The notes under the pieces were generated by a model. It made no database searches and had not been told where the DNA came from. It saw nothing but the letters and a program-made list of their open reading frames with translations. 49,901 bases of DNA from Patescibacteria group bacterium. Its GTDB lineage: Bacteria > Patescibacteriota > Minisyncoccia > Phycocordibacterales > Zambryskibacteraceae. The stretch spans positions 1 to 49,901 of the forward strand of contig JBBUAI010000014.1 in NCBI GenBank assembly GCA_038058745.1, given 5' to 3'. Positions 27,693 to 36,054 of the stretch are shown piece after piece (the stretch's first letter is position 1; every line of letters begins with the position of its first letter). The position numbers and the translations under genes were made by a program.

Positions 27693-28646
27693 ATGTTTAT
27701 AGATGAGATAACTCTTCATCTCAAGTCCGGGCGCGGTGGCGACGGGGTAGTGCGCTGGCTTCATGAAAAGGGTAAGGACAAGGGCGGCCCTTCGGGCGGG
27801 AACGGCGGCAAGGGCGGCGATGTTTATGCAATGGCCGTGCGGGATATCGGCATTCTTTCAAGTTACAGAAATATCAAAGAGTTTAAGGCGGAGAACGGGA
27901 AAGCGGGAGCCAATAATACAAAGCAAGGCAAAGAGGGTAAAAACATCGAAATCAAATTTCCCGTCGGTTCGCGCCTAACCAATCTTGTCACCGGCTATTC
28001 TCTAGAACTTTTGAAGGACGGGGAGAGAGTGTGCCTGCTTAAGGGAGGTAAGGGGGGCTTAGGTAACCAGCATTTTAAGGGTTCGACCAACGTACGGCCC
28101 AAAGAATCCACTCCCGGGGAAGCGGGCGAGGAAGCCGATTTCCACGTAGAACTTCTGCTTCTGGTCGATCTGGGGTTAATCGGATTGCCCAATGCGGGCA
28201 AATCGAGTCTTTTAAACGCCTTAACCAATGCCCAGTCTAAAGTGGGGGACTTCCCCTTTACCACTCTAACACCCAACTTAGGAAGCTTTTATGGGTTTAT
28301 CTTAGCCGATATCCCCGGCCTTATAGAAGGGGCGGCCGAGGGCAAAGGGTTGGGCCACAAATTCCTACGCCATATAGAACGCACCAAAGCCCTTATTCAT
28401 TGCGTCTCCGCCGAAGAGCCGGACCCGGTCGCGGCGCATAGAATTGTGAGAAAGGAGTTAGAACTTTATAATATAGCTATAGTTAAGAAACCCGAAATGG
28501 TGGTACTTACCAAAGTTGACCTGATTAAGAAGATTGAGATGCAAGAAAAAATGAAAGCTCTTGAAACGGTCTCGAGAACCGTCATCCCGGTATCGATTCT
28601 AGATGATAAACTTATTAAAAATTTCAAGAAATGGATTATAAATTGA
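27693..28646 (+). CDS. obg: GTPase Obg/CgtA (short form without a C-terminal extension)
   Basis: MFIDEITLHLKSGRGGDGVVRW, Gly-rich Obg fold (GGNGGKGGDVY), G1 GLPNAGKSSL, G3 DIPGLIEGA, G4 TKVD. Confidence 0.95.
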   Translation: MFIDEITLHLKSGRGGDGVVRWLHEKGKDKGGPSGGNGGKGGDVYAMAVRDIGILSSYRNIKEFKAENGKAGANNTKQGKEGKNIEIKFPVGSRLTNLVTGYSLELLKDGERVCLLKGGKGGLGNQHFKGSTNVRPKESTPGEAGEEADFHVELLLLVDLGLIGLPNAGKSSLLNALTNAQSKVGDFPFTTLTPNLGSFYGFILADIPGLIEGAAEGKGLGHKFLRHIERTKALIHCVSAEEPDPVAAHRIVRKELELYNIAIVKKPEMVVLTKVDLIKKIEMQEKMKALETVSRTVIPVSILDDKLIKNFKKWIIN

Positions 28647-30007
28647 CAGTCGGTCTTGAGATTCACGCGGAGCTCAATACCCGGACCAAGATGTTCTGTG
28701 ACTCGATGAACGACTCGGACGAGAAGAGTCCGAACGTCAATATCTGCCCCATATGCATGGGCTATCCGGGCACCTTGCCTACAATCAATAAAGCCGCAGT
28801 ACTATCCGTACTGCGGCTCGGTACCGCTGTCGGTGGAGAACTTGCCGACTACAGCGAATTCGACCGCAAGAACTACTTCTATCCCGACATTCCTAAGGGC
28901 TATCAAATCAGCCAGTATAAGCACCCCTTGGTCAAAGGGGGAAAGCTGGCGGGAATCGCTCTGACTAGGATTCATTTGGAAGAAGATACAGCGAAATCAG
29001 TACATACGAAGACCGGCGAGAGCCATATCGATTTCAACAGAGCCGGAGTGCCCTTGGTCGAGCTTGTGACTGAGCCAGATATTCACGACGCGAAAACTGC
29101 GGCCAAGTTTGCAAAGGAATTCCAGCTTCTCCTGACTTACCTCGATATTACTCACGCCAATATGGAGAAGGGCGAGCTGCGCCTTGAAGCCAACATCTCC
29201 GTATCAAGGTCCGACCTTAAGAATGCTGATTCCAAGGTCGGACCTTTAGGCACCAAGGTAGAAGTCAAGAATCTGAATTCCTTCAGGTCGGTTGAGAGAG
29301 CGATAAAGTTTGAATTTGAAAGACAGGCAGCTCTCCTCGATAAGGGAGAGAGCGTAATACAAGAGACACGCGGCTGGGACGAAACTGCTGGAGTGACAGT
29401 TTCGCAGAGACTTAAAGAAGAATCCCATGACTACCGCTACTTCCCGGACCCGGACTTGCCTAAACTTTTCATTTCTGAAATTCCAGACTTCGCAAGAACG
29501 GTTCTTGCGAAAGGTCTGCCAGAGCTTCCTTGGGAAAAAAGAGAGCGGTTATTGAAACTCGGCATAACAAGAGAGCATGCGGAAATTTATGTGACCCAGC
29601 CGGAGTGGGGAAGTTATTTCGAAGAGGTAGCGGAAATTTTGAAAGAACCAAGACTAATCGCGCTGGCCTCGAATTATATAACAAGCGAACTCAAGACGAG
29701 AGTCAATGCAATGGAACTTACCGAAGTCGTGCGCATGATTGATGCCGGGGGAATTTCTTCGCGGGGAGCGAAAGAAATATTAAAGGCGCTTCAAACTGAA
29801 GGCGGCACTGCACAGGAGATTGCTGATAAAAATAATCTACTTCAAATCAGTGATAGGGAAGTAGTGAGAAAATTTGTCGAGGATGTCATCAAAGAAAATC
29901 CAAAAGCCCCGATTCAATTTCTGGTAGGACAAGTTATGAAAAAATCTTTCAATCGTGCCAATCCTGAAATCACTCGCGAGCTACTCCTCGAAATGCTTGA
30001 TAGTTAA
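28631..30007 (+). CDS. gatB: Asp/Glu-tRNA amidotransferase subunit B
   Basis: VGLEIHAELNTRTKMFC, CPICMGYPGTLP, NYFYPDIPKGYQISQ, HLEEDTAK, and a C-terminal YqeY-like tail. Confidence 0.95.
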   Translation: MDYKLTVGLEIHAELNTRTKMFCDSMNDSDEKSPNVNICPICMGYPGTLPTINKAAVLSVLRLGTAVGGELADYSEFDRKNYFYPDIPKGYQISQYKHPLVKGGKLAGIALTRIHLEEDTAKSVHTKTGESHIDFNRAGVPLVELVTEPDIHDAKTAAKFAKEFQLLLTYLDITHANMEKGELRLEANISVSRSDLKNADSKVGPLGTKVEVKNLNSFRSVERAIKFEFERQAALLDKGESVIQETRGWDETAGVTVSQRLKEESHDYRYFPDPDLPKLFISEIPDFARTVLAKGLPELPWEKRERLLKLGITREHAEIYVTQPEWGSYFEEVAEILKEPRLIALASNYITSELKTRVNAMELTEVVRMIDAGGISSRGAKEILKALQTEGGTAQEIADKNNLLQISDREVVRKFVEDVIKENPKAPIQFLVGQVMKKSFNRANPEITRELLLEMLDS

Positions 30008-30220
30008 TTTCCTCATTCGCTTCTCGGCGTTTGATTTATTGGTACCACCTTCAATATCCTCGATTATGCGCTCTAAGGCAGAGAGCTTATAAACCCGGTA
30101 GTTATTCATAGGGTGTCTCTGAGCATGGAATTTGCCTGACCTGTCCCAATTACGCAGTGTAAGTGGGGAGACGCCCAATATACCCGCCGCCTCTTTTATA
30201 GAAAAATATATTTCTTTCAT
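29981..30220 (-). CDS. Small MerR/excisionase-type HTH DNA-binding protein
   Basis: 79 aa. FSIKEAAGILGVSPLTLRNWDRSGKFHAQRHPMNNYRVY matches the MerR-superfamily HTH seen at the N-terminus of IS607-type recombinases, but no catalytic domain follows. Its 3' end overlaps gatB convergently by 27 nt. Confidence 0.7.
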   Translation of the reverse strand: MKEIYFSIKEAAGILGVSPLTLRNWDRSGKFHAQRHPMNNYRVYKLSALERIIEDIEGGTNKSNAEKRMRKLTIKHFEE

Positions 30221-30466
30221 AAGTTTAACTTATATAAACATTATTAATCATTATAATCAAATTTTATAAGTATTTATACTATATATTAAGCTCTAGTTGG
30301 GATAATTAATTATAATTGCTCTATTTAACCTAAATAATACATAAACACATAATCACCCGAATCTTACCAGAAATCAGGTTAATTTGGAATTAGAAACCAT
30401 ATTTCCCTTATCCCCAGTTTTTCACACTTTATCCATATGGTTTTCCACAGCCGAGATTTATAATTT

Positions 30467-33400
30467 ATGTTGATGATAAGCCCTATTTTCTCCTCGGGTA
30501 AAGAGTATATCTCGGCTAGCCGAGCATCGAAAAAGATTGGCTATTCAAGCGACTATATCGGCCAGCTCTGCCGGGCGAAAAAAATACCGGGGCAGCTGGT
30601 AGGCAGAACTTGGTATATCGAACTCGCGGTTCTTCTGGAGTATAAAAAGAATCGTAAGATCAAAAATAAAATTGAAAGAGAGGCAGAGTACGTCTCGGCC
30701 TTAGAGGCGTCGAAAAGAATCGGTTACTCAAGCGACTATATCGGCCAGCTCTGCCGGGCGAAAAAAATACCGGGGCAGCTGGTAGGCCGGACTTGGTACG
30801 TGGATTTTAGTTCTCTTCTTGAACACAGAAGAGATAAGAAACTTAAAAGCAAACTTGAAGATGGTCCGATAAAGAATCTTAAGATAAAAGATGCTGTCCT
30901 GATTTATTCCAAAGAAGAACTTCCTCTCTTTCCTCAACTCTCAAAGAGCCAGTCAGCTCTAATTGGAAGCAAAGTTCATTCTCAACATGTACTCAAGAAA
31001 ACTCTCGCCCTCGCTCTATCTCTCGTCATGGCCGCAAGCATCACCCTTTCTCTCTTCCATGAATCCCCTTCGCTTGCCGGAAAGGAATCCCAACTTGCCG
31101 CAGTTTCCATCATGGATTTCTTCACCGACGGCTGGAACTCTCTCAAACAGATTGCTTTGGGAGAATCCAAGGCACTAACAACCAACAACCTACAACCAAC
31201 AACAAATATTCAACCAACAACCAACGACCAACAACCAACGACAGAATCAATCGCTCTCACCGAAACCACCCCCGCTCTAAACCTCGATTCGGTAAGAAAT
31301 GGTCTTAAATCAGAACTGGAAAGCTACATCAACGCCCGTCTCTCAAGCATCGAATCTCCCATCGTCGTCTACTCCTCGTCTCCGGTAATCAAGGAAGTGG
31401 AAACCATAAGGCAAGAAATCCTACTGGCTGACACTCGTCCCACGGTAACAAGGCAGTCCACCTCCGACGTGGATGCTCTATCGAGAGCGGTCTCCCGCCT
31501 TACCGACGGCGGCGTCTTCGCCAATGCCTCCCTCTCCGGTTCGGTCTCCGGTACCGGCGGCTTCAGCATCCTTGAGTGGACCAACGCCACGGGCACCAAC
31601 GCCACCACCACTGCTCTTTATGTCTCCGGCCTTGCCTCCACTACTAACCTCCGCGCCAACTCCTCAATCTTCGGCGACATTCTCATCGGCCTTGGCACCC
31701 TTACCAATCTGCTTGCCAATGGTTCTTCCACTCTGCAAAACTTCTCCGCTCAGACCGGTACTCTGGCAAATCTCTTAGTGAACGGCTCGTCTACCTTGCA
31801 AAACTTCACCGCTTCTAACTCCACCACCACCAACGCTACCACTACTAACCTCTCAATTGTCGGCAACGGAGCGGGACTCCTCTTTACCGGCACGGGGAAT
31901 CACGATATCACTACGACCGGCGGCACTCTAAGAATCGGCGCCAACACGGTAATCGGAAATATTTTGGCACTGGACGACACCATAGACATCGGTACCGCCG
32001 GCACCCGCTTCGACAAAGTCTACGCCAATGAAGTGAATGCCACCACATTGGTAGGTACCTTGACCGGTGGCAACCTGACCGCCGAAACCTTCACTATCAA
32101 CTCGGATAACACCACGGCCGACACCGAAGATTCCTATCTCTCCTTCGAAAGAGGCTCCACCGTACCCAACGCTCTCCTCCGATGGGACTCAACCAATGAC
32201 CAATTCGACTTCCAGCAGAGAGTGGTGGTGACGGGGGGCAATCTCGGCGTAGGCACCACCTCTCCTTATGCCAAACTCTCCGTCACCGGTACCGTTACCG
32301 ACACCAACTCTGCCCTCTTCGCTGTCTCATCCACCACCGGAGGCACTTCGACTTCCACTCACTTCACCATTCTCAACACCGGCAACATCGGCATCGCCAC
32401 CACCTCTCCAAGCTACAAATTCTCCGTCTCCGGTTCCGGCTTCTTCGACGGCGGGACGATTTACACGTCCGCGCTTACCGCCACTTCCTCAATCACGACG
32501 CCGCTTCTTACCTCAACCAACCTCCTTCTCAACGGCTCCACCACTCTCCAGAACTTCACGTTCACCAATGCTACCGGTACTAGCGCCACCACTACCAACT
32601 TTTTTGCTACTACTGCTTCTTCCACTAATCTCTTCTCCTCCGTTCTTACCGTAGGAAACAATGCTCTAGTGGTAAATTCATCCGGCAACGTTGGTATCAA
32701 TACTACCCCTGGCTCCGAGAAACTGACCATCTCCGGCAACATTGGTTTCTCCAATGGCCCAAAAATTAATGACTCATCAGGCAAACTTCAGCTTCAAGTT
32801 GGAGGAACGGGAACAGGATCATCAGGCACAGGCTCAATCTATTTCTTGGATTCAAGCGGCAGCACTAAGGGAAGAGTAGAAGTTACCAGTTCTGCTACAG
32901 TGTCACCTAATGCGGGACTTGGATTCGATGGGGCGGTTACTATCAATGGCGGAGGAACTAAAAACTGCCAAACGACAGCCTTTATCAGCAATCGAAGTTC
33001 TGCTGGCGATTGCGTGGCAACGGCCATTTCTAGCACTTCAAATACCGGTCAAGCCGTAGTTACGGTCGGCTCTACCACGGGGTTTCTTCCCAATGATGAG
33101 GTCTTACTGATTCAAATGACTGGTACCGGCGCTGGCAGTTATGAATTTAGAAAAGTTTTAACTATTGACTCTGCCACTCAAATCACTTTGACCGCTAATC
33201 TTACCAACACTTATACCAATGACGGTACCTCCAAACCGCAGATGGTACGAGTGCCGAATTATACTACGGTACTCGTAACAGCTGATACCACCTTTACGGT
33301 CAGTGCCTGGAATGGAACTATAGGCGGGATCATGTCCTTCAGAGCCAAAACAAGCGTCACCATCAATTCTGGCAGTCTTATTGATCTTAACGGTTTGGGA

Positions 33401-35551
33401 TTTACTGGTGGTAGTGGAACAAATAAAGGTACAGGTGGTAATGGTGCTAGTGGCGGCGGTCTTAATGGATCAGCTGGAAGTAGCGGCACGGCTGGCACTG
33501 TTGGGAATGGACCAACTACAACTACTGGTGGTGGCAATGGCGGAAGTGTTGGTGGTAACCCTGGAAGTGGCGGTAATGGAACTGTAAACAATAGTCCAGG
33601 CGGTGGCGGTGCGGGCGGTACCGGTGGTGGCGGTGCGGGTGGCGCTTATGCCACAGCTAATGCCGGAAGCGCTGGTACCTCGGGCGCTGGGGGCGCTGGT
33701 GGAGATAATCTTGGCGCCAATCAAACTAACGGTGGAACGGGAAGCGCAGGCGCCGGCGGTACCGCCGCTACCACGTATGGCACTGCCGCCTTGACAACAA
33801 TGTTTCTAGGATCTGGTGGTGGGCAAGGTGGTGGTGGCAATGGTGGCGGTGGCGGTGGATCTACACCTGGCAGTAGTGATGGTGCGGTTGGTAATGGAGG
33901 TGATGGTGGTAATGGCGGCGCCGGAGGTGCCGGAGGTGGAATTATATTTATAGAAACAGCTACGTTAACGAATAGCGGAACTATTAGAGCCAACGGTGCT
34001 GTCGGATCTGCCGGAGTAGTCGGTGCTGCTGGCGCTACTGGTGGAACTGAAATTAAGGGCGGTGGTGGAGGAGGCGCTGGCGGCGCTCCAGGCGGCGGCG
34101 GTTCAGGTGGATCGATTAATATTCAAACGACTACTATTACCGAAGGTACGATTACGGCTAGTGGTGGTGCGGGTAGTAGTACTGGTGGTAATGGTGGTAA
34201 TGGTGGTAATCCTGGTTCCGGTGGTACCGATGGCGGAGGTGGTGGTGGGACTGGTACAACTGGGGGAACAAAAGGAACTCTTGGCTTTGCTAACGGGGCC
34301 TCAGCAGCGCCAGGAGCGGGTGCCACTGGTGGTAATGGTCGCATCAGATGTGATAGTGCTGCTGGAACTGGCTGCTCTACCACTCCCACTGCTAATGAAA
34401 ATGTCTACGGCGCTTCTGTGGGCAATAGTTATGGCACCCTCTACATCGGTGCCGTCAACACCACCTCTGCCGACTTGGCTGAGTACTACCCCACTCACGA
34501 TCAAACAATCGTGGCGGGAGAAGTAGTTTCAGTGAAGCTGGTCAATAGGAGTTATGGTTTAGTTAAAGCCCGCGAACCAGATGCGCCATTAGGAATTATT
34601 TCTACTAATCCAGCACTTATCTTGGGTGGTGGAGAAGGAGAAAAATATAATGAAAGGCTGGTCGCTCTGTCTGGCAGAGTACCAGTAAAAGTCTCTAATG
34701 AAAACGGTGCTATAGAAGTAGGGGATAGATTAGCTATAAGTACCAGTACTCCAGGCTATGTCATCAAGGCCACTAAAGCTGGAGATATTGTCGCTATTGC
34801 CCTAGAACCCTTTAGTTCGGAATCAATAGCGACCACCTCGCCAGAAATCATAGCCACTACTTCAAAACCACTCATCCAGACAGAAGTGGCCTACGGCACC
34901 ATCCTGGCTTTTGTTAGCAGAGGATATTGGGCACCAGAGCTAACTTCAACTTTAGAAAATCTTTTTAATTTTAATGTCGCTACAACTACTAGGGCTACTA
35001 CTACAATTAATTTAACATCTCTGTCTTTCACCGAGCGCTTCTTTGAAAATCTTTTAACTCTTCTGACAGAATGGTTTAGAAATACAGCGAATGGAATTGA
35101 AGAAGTAATATCAGATACCTTCCGCGCGAAAGAATCTCTTTGCATCAATGATACTTGCGTCACTGAAGATCAACTCAAAGCACTTCTTGTTCAAATTGGC
35201 GGTACTTCTTCCTCCACCCCAGATATTTTAGAAGCGGCGAATAATAACGGCACTACTAGTTCCACTTCTACCATTGATCCTAGTACTGTATCAACTTCAA
35301 CTGAATCTGTGGTAATAGAGCCAAGTTCAACTACCACTCCCGATACTCTCCCAGCCGCTCCAGAACCAACACCTGAACCTACGTTAGAACCGCCACCTGA
35401 TCCGGCTTCTCCTGACCCAGTGCCAGAACTAACACCTGAACCAACACCAGAATCTCCTTTAGAATCAATCTTAGACCCCGTTCCTCTAATTGAACAGACA
35501 GAACCTACTGCGGAACCCCTTCCGGAAACCGCATTACCAGCAGGGGAATAG
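30467..35551 (+). CDS. Giant (1694 aa) membrane-anchored surface protein: 2x cytoplasmic HTH_17-like repeats, TM helix, tail-fibre-like beta-repeats, Gly-rich region, putative autoproteolysis-like module, Pro/Glu-rich tail
   Basis: The repeated segment SKKIGYSSDYIGQLCRAKKIPGQLVGRTWY occurs twice. TM helix TLALALSLVMAASITLSLF (about 31004-31066). Repeats of the type TNLL.NGSSTLQNF and GN(V/I)GI.TTSP.YK(L/F)SV(T/S)G. Long GGxGG stretches at about 33400-34330. SADLAEYYPT...PLGIISTNPALILGG resembles phage pre-neck-appendage (peptidase G2) IMC domains. PEPTPEPT tail. Confidence 0.85.
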   Translation: MLMISPIFSSGKEYISASRASKKIGYSSDYIGQLCRAKKIPGQLVGRTWYIELAVLLEYKKNRKIKNKIEREAEYVSALEASKRIGYSSDYIGQLCRAKKIPGQLVGRTWYVDFSSLLEHRRDKKLKSKLEDGPIKNLKIKDAVLIYSKEELPLFPQLSKSQSALIGSKVHSQHVLKKTLALALSLVMAASITLSLFHESPSLAGKESQLAAVSIMDFFTDGWNSLKQIALGESKALTTNNLQPTTNIQPTTNDQQPTTESIALTETTPALNLDSVRNGLKSELESYINARLSSIESPIVVYSSSPVIKEVETIRQEILLADTRPTVTRQSTSDVDALSRAVSRLTDGGVFANASLSGSVSGTGGFSILEWTNATGTNATTTALYVSGLASTTNLRANSSIFGDILIGLGTLTNLLANGSSTLQNFSAQTGTLANLLVNGSSTLQNFTASNSTTTNATTTNLSIVGNGAGLLFTGTGNHDITTTGGTLRIGANTVIGNILALDDTIDIGTAGTRFDKVYANEVNATTLVGTLTGGNLTAETFTINSDNTTADTEDSYLSFERGSTVPNALLRWDSTNDQFDFQQRVVVTGGNLGVGTTSPYAKLSVTGTVTDTNSALFAVSSTTGGTSTSTHFTILNTGNIGIATTSPSYKFSVSGSGFFDGGTIYTSALTATSSITTPLLTSTNLLLNGSTTLQNFTFTNATGTSATTTNFFATTASSTNLFSSVLTVGNNALVVNSSGNVGINTTPGSEKLTISGNIGFSNGPKINDSSGKLQLQVGGTGTGSSGTGSIYFLDSSGSTKGRVEVTSSATVSPNAGLGFDGAVTINGGGTKNCQTTAFISNRSSAGDCVATAISSTSNTGQAVVTVGSTTGFLPNDEVLLIQMTGTGAGSYEFRKVLTIDSATQITLTANLTNTYTNDGTSKPQMVRVPNYTTVLVTADTTFTVSAWNGTIGGIMSFRAKTSVTINSGSLIDLNGLGFTGGSGTNKGTGGNGASGGGLNGSAGSSGTAGTVGNGPTTTTGGGNGGSVGGNPGSGGNGTVNNSPGGGGAGGTGGGGAGGAYATANAGSAGTSGAGGAGGDNLGANQTNGGTGSAGAGGTAATTYGTAALTTMFLGSGGGQGGGGNGGGGGGSTPGSSDGAVGNGGDGGNGGAGGAGGGIIFIETATLTNSGTIRANGAVGSAGVVGAAGATGGTEIKGGGGGGAGGAPGGGGSGGSINIQTTTITEGTITASGGAGSSTGGNGGNGGNPGSGGTDGGGGGGTGTTGGTKGTLGFANGASAAPGAGATGGNGRIRCDSAAGTGCSTTPTANENVYGASVGNSYGTLYIGAVNTTSADLAEYYPTHDQTIVAGEVVSVKLVNRSYGLVKAREPDAPLGIISTNPALILGGGEGEKYNERLVALSGRVPVKVSNENGAIEVGDRLAISTSTPGYVIKATKAGDIVAIALEPFSSESIATTSPEIIATTSKPLIQTEVAYGTILAFVSRGYWAPELTSTLENLFNFNVATTTRATTTINLTSLSFTERFFENLLTLLTEWFRNTANGIEEVISDTFRAKESLCINDTCVTEDQLKALLVQIGGTSSSTPDILEAANNNGTTSSTSTIDPSTVSTSTESVVIEPSSTTTPDTLPAAPEPTPEPTLEPPPDPASPDPVPELTPEPTPESPLESILDPVPLIEQTEPTAEPLPETALPAGE
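30545..30604 (+). repeat. Copy 1 of a perfect 60-bp direct repeat (HTH-coding)
   Basis: tcaagcgactatatcggccagctctgccgggcgaaaaaaataccggggcagctggtaggc is identical to 30728-30787. Confidence 0.95.
30728..30787 (+). repeat. Copy 2 of a perfect 60-bp direct repeat (HTH-coding)
   Basis: Identical 60-mer, 183 nt (61 codons) downstream of copy 1. The flanks are diverged but alignable. Confidence 0.95.
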
Positions 35552-35645
35552 TTTGCGAGTTGAATACAATTAACCAGACAGGGTTTGACCTTGTCCGATG
35601 ACGAAAAGTTCTGCGTGAACAAAACTTCCCCTGTGTCTCCCAATG

Positions 35646-35654
35646 TGGTATAAT
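35646..35654 (+). promoter_or_regulatory. Extended -10 promoter element (TGgTATAAT) for rnpB
   Basis: TGGTATAAT ends 6 nt before the predicted 5' end of the RNase P RNA P1 stem. I could not identify a good -35 element. Confidence 0.5.
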
Positions 35655-35660
35655 ATAAGA

Positions 35661-36004
35661 GATGCCGGATAGTTGCTGTTGCCCTCCTTAGCTTTAGCTA
35701 AAGCGGGTGATAGAGGAAAGTCCGAACATTCATTGCGAAGTGTCGCGCATGCGCAATTTCGCAAAAGGGTAGCAGGTAACGCCTGCCGGGAGTAATCCTA
35801 GAGGTGCGAACAGAAATGACCCGGTTAAGTCCGGCTGAAACAGCAAAATCCTTACCTGAATGCAAGGCCGTGCTCATTTGTATGTTGTGCTGCAAATGCA
35901 TAACATGCATTTGCAGAGTGCCGCTAGATCCCACTAGTGATAGCGGGACCAGATAAATAACTATTTCCGCCAGTTGGCGGAACAGAATTCGGCTTATAGG
36001 CATC
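35661..36004 (+). ncRNA. rnpB: RNase P RNA, bacterial type A
   Basis: Universal P4 strands GAGGAAAGUCCG (5') and ACAGAAUUCGGCUUAU (3'). GGUAGCAGGUAACGCCUGCCGGG matches E. coli GGUGCCAGGUAACGCCUGGGGG. GUGCGAACAGAAA and GCAAGGCC are also present. P1 pairs GAUGCC with GGCAUC. There is no ORF support on the plus strand. Confidence 0.9.
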
Positions 36005-36005
36005 C

Positions 36006-36038
36006 AAACAAAACACCCTTCGGGGTGTTTTGTTTTTT
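36006..36038 (+). terminator. Rho-independent terminator after rnpB
   Basis: AAACAAAACACCC-ttcg-GGGTGTTTTGTTT is a perfect 13-bp stem with a UUCG loop, followed by TTT. Confidence 0.8.
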
Positions 36039-36054
36039 ATGCTAAAATGCAAAT

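Noticed and set aside
33259-34526. Cluster of alternative-frame and antisense ORFs (e.g. 33259-33591, 33721-33993, 34023-34526, 34123-34389)
   Set aside because: All lie within the GGN-repeat part of the giant gene. Their Pro/Val/Leu/Ala-rich translations are what other frames of (GGN)n produce.
35570-36003. Minus-strand ORFs 35570-35764 and 35698-36003
   Set aside because: They overlap the plus-strand RNase P RNA, whose conserved P4 and J-region motifs are unambiguous.
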